Assembly: GCA_963793425.1 (NCBI GenBank)
Contig: CAWCAG010000009.1
Location: 128,001-192,000, forward strand
Source of the DNA: an uncultured cyanobacterium
Lineage (GTDB): Bacteria > Cyanobacteriota > Cyanobacteriia > Cyanobacteriales > CAWCAG01
Reading direction: 5' to 3'
Length of the DNA stretch: 64,000 bases
A program made the position numbers and the translations under genes. The notes below the pieces were generated by a model, which worked only from the letters and a program-made list of their open reading frames with translations, searched no databases and was not told the DNA's origin. Shown in pieces: positions 52,428-62,715 of this stretch. The stretch's first letter is position 1; each line of letters begins with the position of its first letter.

Positions 52428-52569
52428 TACCAATTCTATTTAGTTGCACCGATTATTTTTTGTGGTGGGGAGTGGGGAGTGGGGAGTGGGGAGTAGGTAG
52501 CAGGCAGCAGGGTTTTGATAACTTTATTTCTAGATTTTATCAAGATACTTTATGAACCAGATTTGGTAT
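52427..52569. mobile_element. MITE-like element containing (GGGGAGT)n
   Basis: TIR ATACCAATTCT / AGATTTGGTAT; similar to 53525-53652. Confidence 0.6.
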
Positions 52570-52912
52570 AAGATGAGAGGGAAAAACCAAGAAAGTTGGT
52601 ATTTAAAAGGAGCAAATATTTACCTTTTTCAAATTACAAATCACGAAATACAACCAGAGATAGATCAGGTAAGTTCCTGAGAACTTCATCATAGGTTTGA
52701 TAAGTTTCTAAAGTCTTTACCACTAATTCTAAAGGTTCAGCAAAAACTTTCTTAGAGTCAGCTTCTTGCGGGAATTTAATTTTAAAAGCTAACTGTTCCT
52801 CTGGTGGATTAAACTGAGCATTAACTCCAGATAAATGGTATCAGCTTAATCCGAAATCCCTTTGTCATTCAATGTATTAATCAAATAAGTACAAACACTT
52901 CAATTAACCACC

Positions 52913-53527
52913 GTGAAAAAATTTCTTGGCTTTGTCGGAATTACCACTACTGTAGTCTTACTTGCTTGGCAACCCCATAGTTATGCAACTATTCTAGAAG
53001 AATCAACTGATAGCAATACCGACAGCAGTCGTAGCTTAAGCCTTTTAGCCCAAGGAAGTGATGATTTTGCTGATTGGGCAGAAACTTGCGTCAATACGAC
53101 AGGAAAAGAAGCTTTAGATGCTTGTCAGCGTGCTATTGAGGTTAATCCCGATGAACCTTTGCTTTGGCTTAGCTTAGGGGCAGAAGAGGGTAAAAGCGGA
53201 CAACATCAACAGTCTCTCGATTCTCTCAATAAAGCTTTAGAACTTGAACCAAACTATTCCCTAGCTTACTACAACAAGTGTGTTGTTCTGAGTAGTTTGG
53301 GGAGGCATCAAGAAGCAGCCATAGCTTGTGCAACTGCTATTGATACTGATGCTAATTGGGGGGAGGCTACTAAAGCCCAAGCCTATAATAACTTAGGAGT
53401 TGCTTTAGTTGAGTTGAACCTCTACGAACAAGCTTTAATTGCCTATGGTAGAGCTTTGGAACTCGACTCGGACTATAACTTAGCGAGACAAAACTATAAC
53501 AGTTTGAAGAATTATTTGGATAAATAA
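52913..53527 (+). CDS. Secreted TPR-repeat protein
   Basis: Signal peptide; TPRs such as AYYNKCVVL and AYNNLGVAL. Confidence 0.85.
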   Translation: MKKFLGFVGITTTVVLLAWQPHSYATILEESTDSNTDSSRSLSLLAQGSDDFADWAETCVNTTGKEALDACQRAIEVNPDEPLLWLSLGAEEGKSGQHQQSLDSLNKALELEPNYSLAYYNKCVVLSSLGRHQEAAIACATAIDTDANWGEATKAQAYNNLGVALVELNLYEQALIAYGRALELDSDYNLARQNYNSLKNYLDK

Positions 53528-53652
53528 TACTAAATCGGTGTTGAGTCTCATGACTTAGGGTAAGGAGTAGGGAGCTGGGGAGATAGGGTTTGAAAGCTTT
53601 ACTTTATTCCTTGGTTTTGTGAAGGCACTTTTATGAAGCGGGTTTAGTATTA
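53525..53652. mobile_element. MITE-like element
   Basis: Perfect 10-bp TIR TAATACTAAA / TTTAGTATTA with G-rich interior. Confidence 0.6.
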
Positions 53653-53688
53653 GTGATGAATCACGAAGCAGTTTTTATAAAAACTTTT

Positions 53689-53803
53689 CAGGATAGATGT
53701 TTACCTCCCATTAACCAATTTAGGAAAGCTCCCAACCCCACTCCGACAAAATATTTTTTTCTGAAACCGAAATTGAATTTTATCTGATGAGATAATTATA
53801 GCA
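53689..53803. repeat. Dispersed non-coding repeat, copy 2
   Basis: TTAGGAAAGCTCCCAACCCCACTCCGACAAAATATTTTTTT; flanks also resemble 11662-11775. Confidence 0.75.
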
Positions 53804-53848
53804 CAAATTTTATTCTCCTGACTCAATTATGCAACGCCAACAATAGGA

Positions 53849-54943
53849 TTAATATTTACGGCGAAAGGTTTTTAATTGAAAGACCCATCCTAAAGATAGT
53901 ATTGTTGCCAAAACTACTAAAGCTGCGATCGCCGGGTTTTCTGCAACAATGTTCAAACCAGCAACAACGGGAATACTACCGATAATAATAGCAAGTCCGA
54001 GGGCAAATCCCGCAGCAGTAGCTGGTTGGTTAGGCATCATTCGCCCTGTTGCTGTCAGGGTGATGGGTACGGTGGATTGAAGCAAAGCTAGACTAAGGAT
54101 GAGAGTTAAGGGGTTTTCTTGCCCCCACAAAAGTAGAATTGTAGCAACAGTAAGGGAAGTTATTGTCCACCGTTGCCAACCCCAATATTCTGCCATGATA
54201 CCACCCAATATTTTAGCAACGGCTGCTGCAACAGCTATGACAATCAGAAAAGTTAGCTGGGCTTGTAGCAGAAACTGAAAACTAGTCCAAACGGTGGAAA
54301 CAAGTGCGATCCCACTCATAAGTACTAGCATTACCCAATCATACTCTGCCGATATTGGTAACTCTAGCTCATTGACATTAATGTTGGAGAGTTTCGGCAA
54401 CTTAACAACGGTAAGCAAGGCTATCATAAAGCCAAGGGAGAGGATCAGGGGCATGGTGAAAGAGTAATCTTTTAGCCCCAAAGCAACCCCCACCGCTAAT
54501 CCCACTACCCCTGGTGCAGCGAAAATGCCTGGGCCGGTGGTACGATTCGGGGTTGTAGACAAAGCTAAACTCCCTCCCCCAACATGAAAAGCAGCAGAAC
54601 CAATTCCTGCTAAAATTACAGCAGGTTGTGAGTGCCAATCTGCTACAATCAAACTCCCTAACAGTAAGAATAATCCTAAGATAATTGCTTGGCGAGGGCA
54701 GTTAAATTTATCAGTAAACATTCCTGCCACAGGCTGATAACCAAAACCCAAAATGTTATAGATAATAATCAGCAAACTTGTCTGTTCTAAAGAGTTTGTC
54801 TGTACCAAACTCCCTAACAAAAATCCTGCGGTTGCATCAGCAATTCCGTGGCAGATGCCCATGATTGAACACAGAGAAATGCCGGAGAGTGTAACTTGTG
54901 GTTTTAATTTGGAACTATTTTTAAAAGTTGGTCTAAGATTCAT
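53849..54943 (-). CDS. MFS-like membrane transporter
   Basis: About 12 hydrophobic segments; QPVAGMFTDK, SAAFHVGG and GGIMAEYWG. Confidence 0.75.
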   Translation of the reverse strand: MNLRPTFKNSSKLKPQVTLSGISLCSIMGICHGIADATAGFLLGSLVQTNSLEQTSLLIIIYNILGFGYQPVAGMFTDKFNCPRQAIILGLFLLLGSLIVADWHSQPAVILAGIGSAAFHVGGGSLALSTTPNRTTGPGIFAAPGVVGLAVGVALGLKDYSFTMPLILSLGFMIALLTVVKLPKLSNINVNELELPISAEYDWVMLVLMSGIALVSTVWTSFQFLLQAQLTFLIVIAVAAAVAKILGGIMAEYWGWQRWTITSLTVATILLLWGQENPLTLILSLALLQSTVPITLTATGRMMPNQPATAAGFALGLAIIIGSIPVVAGLNIVAENPAIAALVVLATILSLGWVFQLKTFRRKY

Positions 54944-54948
54944 TTCAT

Positions 54949-55824
54949 TTATAAACCAGAATAAGTTACATTTAATACATCTGAATCAGCAGCACATTGC
55001 ACCTCCCCGTTAACGATTTGAGGTGGTTTAGGGGCAATTGTTGCTGGTTGTTTCGTCTGGCAAATTCCGTAGGTAAATTCAGGTTGAGATAACAAGATTG
55101 CTGTATTGCTTCTCAGTTTCTTGCCTGTATCTCTAGCTGTTTTATTAGGAGTGGCTTGAACTTTAACCTTAGCTTTGTCTGCGGAGAGACTATAGAGAAA
55201 GTAAAAGCCTTTTGCTTGTCTACCATTTTGTTTGCTAATGACTAAATCTAATTCTTTCAACTGTTTAAATTTATTGGTGAAGCGAGAGTTTTCTAGGTAA
55301 AATTCTTTTTGCGCTCTCAAGATGGAACCGATATTAGATTGGGCTTCCATAAATGGCACATTAAATCGAGTAGTTTGAGGGAACCAAGTTGAAATACAAA
55401 TTACATAAATGGTTAGAATTAGATAACTAAACAAGTTAGCCAGGGCCGCAGATTTTAATCTAAACCACCCTCTATTTTTGAATTTAATATAGGCTCGATG
55501 GATTCGCCATTCAATTATAATGGAGGTGATAAAAGCAAACGACAAAATCACCAAGTTTGCTGGTAAGTTTTTGAGATTAAAAGCTGAATAGATAGGTAAG
55601 GCAGCTTGTAAAACTAGTCCTAACACAGCACTGACAATATTGGCTATTATACTAACGAGTAATGCTCTTGGTAAGCTGATTTTGGTTTTTACTACTTTGT
55701 GCAAGAAAAACCAAATAGTAATCCATTCCAGTAAGATAATGCCAATAAATATAAATAGCCCTGCCACTCTTCCGTGGAAAAGAAAAGTGGGAGCAATTAC
55801 ATTAGCAATGAATAATTGAGGCAT
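54949..55824 (-). CDS. Multi-TM membrane protein fused to a type IV pilin-like G/H domain
   Basis: 4-5 TM helices, then EAQSNIGSILRAQKEFYLENSRF, LRSNTA and GICQT..P..VQC. Confidence 0.7.
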   Translation of the reverse strand: MPQLFIANVIAPTFLFHGRVAGLFIFIGIILLEWITIWFFLHKVVKTKISLPRALLVSIIANIVSAVLGLVLQAALPIYSAFNLKNLPANLVILSFAFITSIIIEWRIHRAYIKFKNRGWFRLKSAALANLFSYLILTIYVICISTWFPQTTRFNVPFMEAQSNIGSILRAQKEFYLENSRFTNKFKQLKELDLVISKQNGRQAKGFYFLYSLSADKAKVKVQATPNKTARDTGKKLRSNTAILLSQPEFTYGICQTKQPATIAPKPPQIVNGEVQCAADSDVLNVTYSGL

Positions 55825-55882
55825 TTTGTTTTATTAATTTACTACCAGAGTTAGAGTAGCTTTGCCAGAATGTTTTTAGTCT

Positions 55883-56080
55883 TTAATAAGGTAATGCTAC
55901 TAGGGATGATGAACCAGACGGGCAGTTTATTTGCTTGTCTTTGAATTGAGGAGATTTAGGAGGGATTGTTGAAGCTTGCTCTGTTTTAGAAATGCCTGTC
56001 ATAAATTCAGGTTCTTCTTTATCTTCGACTACAAAGACTACGCCTGTATAACTGTTAAGATTATCAGCTTTTCTTCCCAT
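55883..56080 (-). pseudogene. C-terminal remnant of a second pilin-like G/H domain
   Basis: LNSYTGVVF..GISKT..PP..INCP aligns with the C-terminus of the neighbouring gene. Confidence 0.6.
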
Positions 56081-56123
56081 ACCTACTTATCAAACCTATA
56101 CCACTCACCAAATCAATCAAAAT

Positions 56124-56966
56124 CTAATCTACCTTTTCTAAAGGCATTACTATACTTGGTGCTTGCTGGTTGAGGTAGATTTGTTTGACAAAGGGGGTAT
56201 ATCCCAATAATCGGTGAGAAAGTTGAGCAAACTGTTGAGGTTCCCCACTTACACAAAACTGAGTAGGGGGGGCGAGTAAAGTGCTTTTTAAACCCAAGAG
56301 TTCTAACTCTTGCTCAGCCGCTTTAACCACAAACGCCGCAGGATCTACCAACTGAACAGCAGGAGGTAGAAGTGATCGCAAAATAGGTGCTAAATGAGGA
56401 TAGTGGGTACAGCCATAGACTAGAGTATCAATTTGCTGGTCTAACAGAGGTGCTAAATACTTCCTGGTAACTTCAATTGTGTGAGGTTCATTGATACGTC
56501 CTTGTTCAATAATTGGGACAAATTCTGGGCAGCCTATTTGCCAAACTTGGGTAGTAGGATCAGCTTCTAAAATCGCATCACGGTAGGCGTTACTAGCAGC
56601 GGTGGCAGGAGTGGCAATAACACCGATACGTTTACCTTTTTGTTCAATCGCTGCTCTTGCACCAGGTAAGACAATTCCCAATATTGGGAAATCGAACTCA
56701 GAACGTACTGTATCGAGGGCGAGAGCAGAGCTAGTGTTACAAGCCATAATCACCATTTTAGCTTCTTCTGTCTTCATCCAAGTGAGAATCTCTCTAACAA
56801 ATTGTAAGATTTCTGCTTGGGAACGGATGCCGTAGGGTACCCTGGCTGTATCACCAAAATAAAGAATTAGTTCGTTCGGAAGTTGACGGTTAAGTTCTCG
56901 CAACACAGTCAAACCACCAACTCCACTGTCAAAAACACCAATGGGACTAGGTTTCAATTGGTTCAT
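56124..56966 (-). CDS. murI: Glutamate racemase
   Basis: FDSGVGGLTV, PYG, ACNTSS and GCTHYP. Confidence 0.97.
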   Translation of the reverse strand: MNQLKPSPIGVFDSGVGGLTVLRELNRQLPNELILYFGDTARVPYGIRSQAEILQFVREILTWMKTEEAKMVIMACNTSSALALDTVRSEFDFPILGIVLPGARAAIEQKGKRIGVIATPATAASNAYRDAILEADPTTQVWQIGCPEFVPIIEQGRINEPHTIEVTRKYLAPLLDQQIDTLVYGCTHYPHLAPILRSLLPPAVQLVDPAAFVVKAAEQELELLGLKSTLLAPPTQFCVSGEPQQFAQLSHRLLGYTPFVKQIYLNQQAPSIVMPLEKVD

Positions 56967-57032
56967 AAAGAAGGATTTAAGTTGTAAAAAGCAAATAAGA
57001 GCTAAACTAACACGGGGTTAAGGGAAATATAC

Positions 57033-58871
57033 CTAAAGCCGATATTGTTGAATGTACTCTAGGACACCACGAGCGATCGCTTGAGCCATTTGACTACGAA
57101 AGTTGGGGTTAGAAAGGTTGGCAGCATCTACTCCCCCAGTAACGAAGCCTACTTCCACTAGTACAGAAGGCATAGCTGAATTGCGAAGAACATAAAACCT
57201 GGCAGTACGCACTCCCCTATCTGCAATATCAACATTTTGGAGTACGCTACGATGGATGGTTTGGGCTAATTGTTGACCACTACTGTAATAATAGGTTTCT
57301 AAACCGTTAATATCAGGTCGGTCTAAACTAATCGCATTAGCGTGAACACTCACAAACAAATCAGCCCCAGCCCGGTTAGCTAAATCAGTCCGTCCTTGGA
57401 GACTGATAAAGGTATCATCGGAGCGGGTCATTAAAGTACGAACACCTTGCTGTTCTAAATATTGAGCAATTTCCCTCGCGATGGGTAAAATCACATCTTT
57501 TTCCCGTAAGCCGCTAATACCGATGGCTCCCGGATCTTTACCCCCATGACCAGGATCGACAGCTACAAGGGCTGTACCTTGGGGAACTGTGGGTAGGGGA
57601 GTTTGGGGTTGAGTATTGTTAGGAGTATTGCTGGGGGGACGAATAGGGGCAGAACGAAGTTCTAAAGCTAATACTTGCTCACTAAGTTGATTAAGTTCGC
57701 CGATTTGGGTATTAGAAGTGGGTTGGATGAGAATGACGACGGTTTTTTCATCTTTATTACGTAATCTTATTCGAGCAATGGGGCTATTAGCACCTAACTG
57801 AGGAGCTTTGGGCTGTGGGGAAACTTGAGCATTGGGTATAGTGATTTCATAAACCCCAGCACTGCTATTCCAACCACTGCTAGCTTCTACAGGGCCATCA
57901 GCGAGAATTAAGAGCTGAGTATTACTGAGATTAAATTCTAGTCCTTGGACAGTGGTTAGCTTTGTCGCAGTGGGGGTTTCAGCAATTTGTGTAGGAATAT
58001 TCTGGGGAAGAATAACTTCTATTGCTGAAGTGGGAATTTCTAGGGTAGCAACGGGTTCTGATTCAGAAAGAGAAACACTTCTAGGAACAAGAACAACTCC
58101 GCCTAAATCGCTATAAGCTGCTATCCAATCAGGAGCATCTTTATCTACATTCAAGGTTAAGCGAACTTGATTATTCTCTTGAGTGAAGAGAATTTGATTG
58201 ACTCCAAAGCGACCCACATTTAAAGTTTGGTCTTTGAGGCGAGCATCAAGGGTTGCTCCTTCCATCTCAATATCTATTCTACGCTGATCACGACTGCGTT
58301 GAATGCGAGGTCTTTTGGGTCTTTCGTTGCCCCTAGCCCGGAGGAAAAAACCATTTTCTGTTTCTTGAAAATTATAGATTTGCCATCCGGCTGTGCCATT
58401 GTCGGAAGGGGGAGGATTGGGGGGTAGGTTATCAGGAGGATTAGGGTTATTAGTAGTTGGTGGTGGTGTCGTTGAGGCTTGTTCCCTTTGGGGTGTTGGT
58501 AACTCAGCCGACCATTGAGTTGGTGAAGCACCTCGAATTTTAATCTGTTCTGGGTCCATTGTGTAGCCAGGAGCCAGTTCAATAACGATACGAGTAGTTT
58601 GGTCATTGAATTGACCTACACGCCAACTACGGATTGCACCGCTCAAATTCTCGTTTTTAGTTGTTCCTCCTAAACTCGTACCGGGTAAGTCGATGATTAA
58701 ACGAGTTGGGTTGGAGATAAGCTTAGCTGTCGGCTGAACCCCCTCGTTAGTGATAAAATTTAGTTGTCTTGTCTGAGCATTAAAATTGGCACGTAGTAGT
58801 CTTCCTGCCTCAGCAGGAGTACAGTAAATTAAAATACTCAGAATAGTTAGTGCTAGCCAGCGAAGTCTCAC
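57033..58871 (-). CDS. amiC: N-acetylmuramoyl-L-alanine amidase with AMIN domains
   Basis: Signal peptide, AMIN domain (PTRLIIDLPG), DPGHGGKDPGA, VSVHAN and LVEVGF. Confidence 0.92.
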   Translation of the reverse strand: MRLRWLALTILSILIYCTPAEAGRLLRANFNAQTRQLNFITNEGVQPTAKLISNPTRLIIDLPGTSLGGTTKNENLSGAIRSWRVGQFNDQTTRIVIELAPGYTMDPEQIKIRGASPTQWSAELPTPQREQASTTPPPTTNNPNPPDNLPPNPPPSDNGTAGWQIYNFQETENGFFLRARGNERPKRPRIQRSRDQRRIDIEMEGATLDARLKDQTLNVGRFGVNQILFTQENNQVRLTLNVDKDAPDWIAAYSDLGGVVLVPRSVSLSESEPVATLEIPTSAIEVILPQNIPTQIAETPTATKLTTVQGLEFNLSNTQLLILADGPVEASSGWNSSAGVYEITIPNAQVSPQPKAPQLGANSPIARIRLRNKDEKTVVILIQPTSNTQIGELNQLSEQVLALELRSAPIRPPSNTPNNTQPQTPLPTVPQGTALVAVDPGHGGKDPGAIGISGLREKDVILPIAREIAQYLEQQGVRTLMTRSDDTFISLQGRTDLANRAGADLFVSVHANAISLDRPDINGLETYYYSSGQQLAQTIHRSVLQNVDIADRGVRTARFYVLRNSAMPSVLVEVGFVTGGVDAANLSNPNFRSQMAQAIARGVLEYIQQYRL

Positions 58872-59075
58872 AATTAATTTTTCCTCAATAGAAATGTATC
58901 TAGGGCAAAATAGTTTGTTAATAGTAGATGTCGATATTCTGTGAAAGATATCATATAACCAAGACTATGGGTTTGAGGGTGCAAGATCACCGGACGTAGA
59001 AAAAATACTCAAGTTTCAAAGTTTTGATGAAGAGTCAGGGAGATATCTTCCTAGCTCTTCATCGAGAATAGTTGT

Positions 59076-60470
59076 TTAAGCTTTTTCTTTACTGGTAACT
59101 TCCTTGGCTGACGGTTCCTTAAATACCAATCTTAAAAAAGGTGGTGCAATAAAAGTGGTTGAAATAACCATCATGATGATTGCTGCTTCGGTGGATTCAG
59201 ATAAAGCACCACTAGCGGAACCTACCCCAGCAAAGACTAGCCCCACTTCCCCTCTAGGAATCATACCGACACCAATGGCTAGCTTATTGAGTTTTTCTGG
59301 GCCGATGACGGTGAAACCTGTAATAACTTTGCCGAAGATGGCGACGACAATTAGGAAAGCAGCGATGATTAGTCCTTCGCGGTTACTAGGTACGGCGGGG
59401 TTGAGGACGCTTAAGTCTGTTTTTGCTCCGACACAAACAAAGAAAATGGGTACAAAAAGATCGGCGATGGGTATTACTTGTTCTTCCAATTCCCGACGTT
59501 TTTCTGTTTCTGCTAAAACCAAGCCTGCTGCAAAAGCACCTAAAATAGCTTCTAGATGAATGGCTGTGGCTATGTAAGATAGGCTGAAGGCGAAAATGAG
59601 GGATACGAGGAGTAATTGCCCACGGGTTTTCATTTCATTGACAAGTCCGACGAAAAAAGGACTGAGGAAACGACCAATGAAAATTGCTCCAATCAGGAAA
59701 GCTCCGGCACTGAGTATTAAGTAGATAATGTTACTAACTTGCACTTCTCCGGTTTTGGCTAAACTAGTAACTACGGCCAGGATAATGATGCCAAGGACAT
59801 CATCTAGGACTGCGGCCCCGATGATGATTTGTCCTTCCTTGGTGGAGAGGCGGCCGATTTCTGCTAGTACTTTAGCGGTGATACCAATACTGGTTGCGGT
59901 TAGGGCTGCCCCAGCGAAAATGGCTGGTACGATAGGAACATTAAAAAGGTAAATCAAACCTGCTGTACCAAGGGTGAAAGGAGCAACAACCCCCACAACA
60001 GCCACGATAGCTGCTTGAGTGCCAGCTTCAATTAAGTCTTTGAGATCCGATTCTAAGCCAATTTCAAACAGAAGAATGATCACCCCTAATTCTGATAAAA
60101 CAGAAATCACTTCACTCTGACTAGCAAAGACAGCAGGGGTTTCTGCTGGGGTCATGCCTGCGGTTTTTTGCAGGAAAATCATCAGGAGGGAGTCACTAGC
60201 TTCTGTGCCACCTTCTGGGAACACAAGTAATTTAAAGACGGAAATACCGACTAAAACACCGCCCACTAATTCTCCTAAGACAGGAGGTAAGTTAATGCGA
60301 TCGCAAATTTCCCCACCTAATTTACTAGCGAAGTAAATTATGACTAAACTAAGCAATACCCCCGCTAGTACAAAGGTTCCGTTTGCTTCTGGGGTTTCTG
60401 TTGCTGTAGCTAGGATGTAAGCAGGATGATGGTTGAAAAGTTCGTAAGGGTTTGAATTAATCAAGTTCAT
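59076..60470 (-). CDS. Cation:proton antiporter (CPA2, NhaS3-like)
   Basis: LFEIGLE, ATSIGIT, AAVLDDVLG, ILGAFAAG and MIPRGEVG. Confidence 0.92.
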   Translation of the reverse strand: MNLINSNPYELFNHHPAYILATATETPEANGTFVLAGVLLSLVIIYFASKLGGEICDRINLPPVLGELVGGVLVGISVFKLLVFPEGGTEASDSLLMIFLQKTAGMTPAETPAVFASQSEVISVLSELGVIILLFEIGLESDLKDLIEAGTQAAIVAVVGVVAPFTLGTAGLIYLFNVPIVPAIFAGAALTATSIGITAKVLAEIGRLSTKEGQIIIGAAVLDDVLGIIILAVVTSLAKTGEVQVSNIIYLILSAGAFLIGAIFIGRFLSPFFVGLVNEMKTRGQLLLVSLIFAFSLSYIATAIHLEAILGAFAAGLVLAETEKRRELEEQVIPIADLFVPIFFVCVGAKTDLSVLNPAVPSNREGLIIAAFLIVVAIFGKVITGFTVIGPEKLNKLAIGVGMIPRGEVGLVFAGVGSASGALSESTEAAIIMMVISTTFIAPPFLRLVFKEPSAKEVTSKEKA

Positions 60471-60640
60471 TTAGGCAGTTAAATAAGCCGTTTGTTGGGC
60501 AAAAGTTATCTGTTTCTTCATTACTTTACAATATCTCCCTATCTCCCCATCACCCCATCTCCCAGAGTTTCGAGCAAAAATTCCTGAAACCACTTCTAAG
60601 TAGCTGTGAAAGTAAAAGGATATTGTCATGGAGTCATCAA

Positions 60641-61645
60641 ATGAGCGATCCTTCTTTGTTAGCTGTTACTTTGTTAGCTACAGGACAGGTTTCTCCTCCT
60701 CCTCCCCTTCCCGAAAACCCTTTAAGCAACTTTTTGAGCGCTTTTGATGTCAGTGACGCTAGTGCTTCTCTTTCTCTGGTTCAGCAGCAAACTATTCCGA
60801 GTACTGAACAGAGTCAGCCGGAGTTTAGCTCATCAAGGTCGCAGATACTAATGAAACCGCAATTAAATTCTTCGCAGTCTTCGCTTTCGCTGCCCCCAGA
60901 AGTTAATCCAACTTCTGGTTCACAGTTGTATCAGCTAAGACTGGCAGCTTTGAAAGCAGGGAAACTTTATACTCGTTTGAGTGGCAATAGCTTTTATTCA
61001 ACTTGGGCGGGGGCAACCAAACAACCAACTCACCAGCAATGGAAACAACTTTTAGGGCAAGAAGCTAGGGCTTTATCTAACGGCCAAGGTTCCAATCGTT
61101 TGGGGGTTTTGGTAGGAGATTCTTTGAGTCTTTGGTTCCCTAGTCAGCTTTTACCTGGGGGAAAGTTGTGGCTTAATCAAGGTATTTCAGGAGAAAATTC
61201 AACTCAGATTCTCCAAAGAGTTTCTACTTTTGCTCAAACTAATCCTGAAACCATTTATGTGATGGCAGGGATTAATGATTTGCGCCAAGGGGCAAATAAT
61301 TGGACAATTCTCAACAATACTCGTTTGATTGTCCGTCGCATTAAGCAAAATCATCCCCAAGCTGAGGTGGTTGTGCAGTCAATTTTACCTACTCGCCTCG
61401 AAGCGATTCCTAATTCTCGCATTCTTTATCTTAATCAACAAGTTCGTGATATTGCTCAGCAAGAAGGGGCTAATCATCTTGATCTTCATCCCTATTTTAC
61501 CGATTCTCAAGGGCAGATGCGTCGAGATTTGACTACCGATGGTATTCACTTAAGTTCTCAAGGTTATCGAGTTTGGCAATCTGTTTTAAGTGATGTTGAG
61601 TATACAGTTGCCAGTCGCCGTTATAGTAATAGTTTTGTTAATTGA
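60641..61645 (+). CDS. SGNH/GDSL hydrolase family protein
   Basis: GDSL, NQGISG, GIND and DGIH; ATG at 60641 preferred. Confidence 0.9.
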   Translation: MSDPSLLAVTLLATGQVSPPPPLPENPLSNFLSAFDVSDASASLSLVQQQTIPSTEQSQPEFSSSRSQILMKPQLNSSQSSLSLPPEVNPTSGSQLYQLRLAALKAGKLYTRLSGNSFYSTWAGATKQPTHQQWKQLLGQEARALSNGQGSNRLGVLVGDSLSLWFPSQLLPGGKLWLNQGISGENSTQILQRVSTFAQTNPETIYVMAGINDLRQGANNWTILNNTRLIVRRIKQNHPQAEVVVQSILPTRLEAIPNSRILYLNQQVRDIAQQEGANHLDLHPYFTDSQGQMRRDLTTDGIHLSSQGYRVWQSVLSDVEYTVASRRYSNSFVN

Positions 61646-61656
61646 TTCATTCTTGA

Positions 61657-62190
61657 TTACTTTATTAAAGGTTGTAATTCTTCTAGAGAGGTTACTTCTT
61701 GTACTAAAGAGCGGTATTGAGGAAGCAGAAACTTTTCTTGGACTGCTTGGTCGAAAAACTTGAGCAACGGGTCATAATAACCATTAATATTAAGTAAGAT
61801 AATGGGTTTTTGGTGCAAGGCTAGTTGAGCCCAAGTAAGAATTTCACAAAACTCTTCTAAGGTTCCATAACCCCCAGGTAAGATGATGAAAGCATCAGCT
61901 AATTTGGCCATTAATGCTTTACGTTCGTGCATGGAATCAACGATGTGGAGTTTGGTTAATCCTGAATAGGTGGGTTCTTGACTAGAGAGAAAGTCAGGAA
62001 TTACACCAACAACTTGACCCCCTGCGGTTAAGGCTGCTTTGGCTACAGCCCCCATTAAGCCGCTTTTACCAGCACCATAAACAATGCCAAGTCCTTTTTG
62101 GGCTATCATTTTACCTAAATTACTGGCTGTTTGCTCGTAGTTAGGATTAATACCAGTTCTAGAACCACAAAATACGCAGATATATTTCAC
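61657..62190 (-). CDS. LOG family (cytokinin riboside 5'-monophosphate phosphoribohydrolase-like) protein
   Basis: VFCGS, GLMG, MHERK and PGGYGTLEE. Confidence 0.93.
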   Translation of the reverse strand: MKYICVFCGSRTGINPNYEQTASNLGKMIAQKGLGIVYGAGKSGLMGAVAKAALTAGGQVVGVIPDFLSSQEPTYSGLTKLHIVDSMHERKALMAKLADAFIILPGGYGTLEEFCEILTWAQLALHQKPIILLNINGYYDPLLKFFDQAVQEKFLLPQYRSLVQEVTSLEELQPLIK

Positions 62191-62199
62191 AATTAGTCT

Positions 62200-62715
62200 T
62201 TTTTATTAAGTCCTTTTTCACTTTAGTGGACAAAGGTAGAGTTTGAAATATTGCGATCGCAACTACAACAGCTATCCTAAATCTAGTTTTCCTCTGTTGT
62301 TCATCGTCTCCATTACCCTGACAACCAGGATGTTCAATTCCTCCACTGTTAAGAGTTGCTACATTCCCTTGAGCGGTGAGAATAACTTTGCCATCTTGGG
62401 TTACTTCCCAACCCTGTGCTTGTTGGTAAGAAGTATTTTCTTGCACTTCCTCTTCCTCTTTTTCTTTTGCCTCTTCAAGGGCAACCTGGCTTCCCCCTTC
62501 TTCAATAGAAGCCCATTCTACTTCACTGTTAACTGGGGTTAGTGTTGAGAGTTATGTTCCCTGTTTTACCCGTTGCCCCAGGAAGCACTTCACTATAAAC
62601 ACCACTAAGTTGATATTTGTCATAAAAGTTGATGCCGTCGTCGGAGGTGAAGATTTGAAAGGTTGTGGGTGTGTTTCCTTTGCCTTGATAATCTCCACCA
62701 ATTAATACTGTGCCA
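62200..62715 (-). pseudogene. Collapsed filamentous-haemagglutinin-like exoprotein remnant
   Basis: GTVLIGGDYQGKG, GATGKTGNITLNT, then after a frameshift AQGWEVTQDGKVILTA (typical C-terminus). Confidence 0.7.

Noticed and set aside
52457..52495. (GGGGAGT)n as a functional G-quadruplex
   Set aside because: It can form one in principle, but it is an ordinary cyanobacterial heptamer repeat inside a MITE-like element with no evidence of function
52806..52852. Hairpin upstream of the TPR gene as a riboswitch
   Set aside because: Single stem with no recognisable aptamer motif
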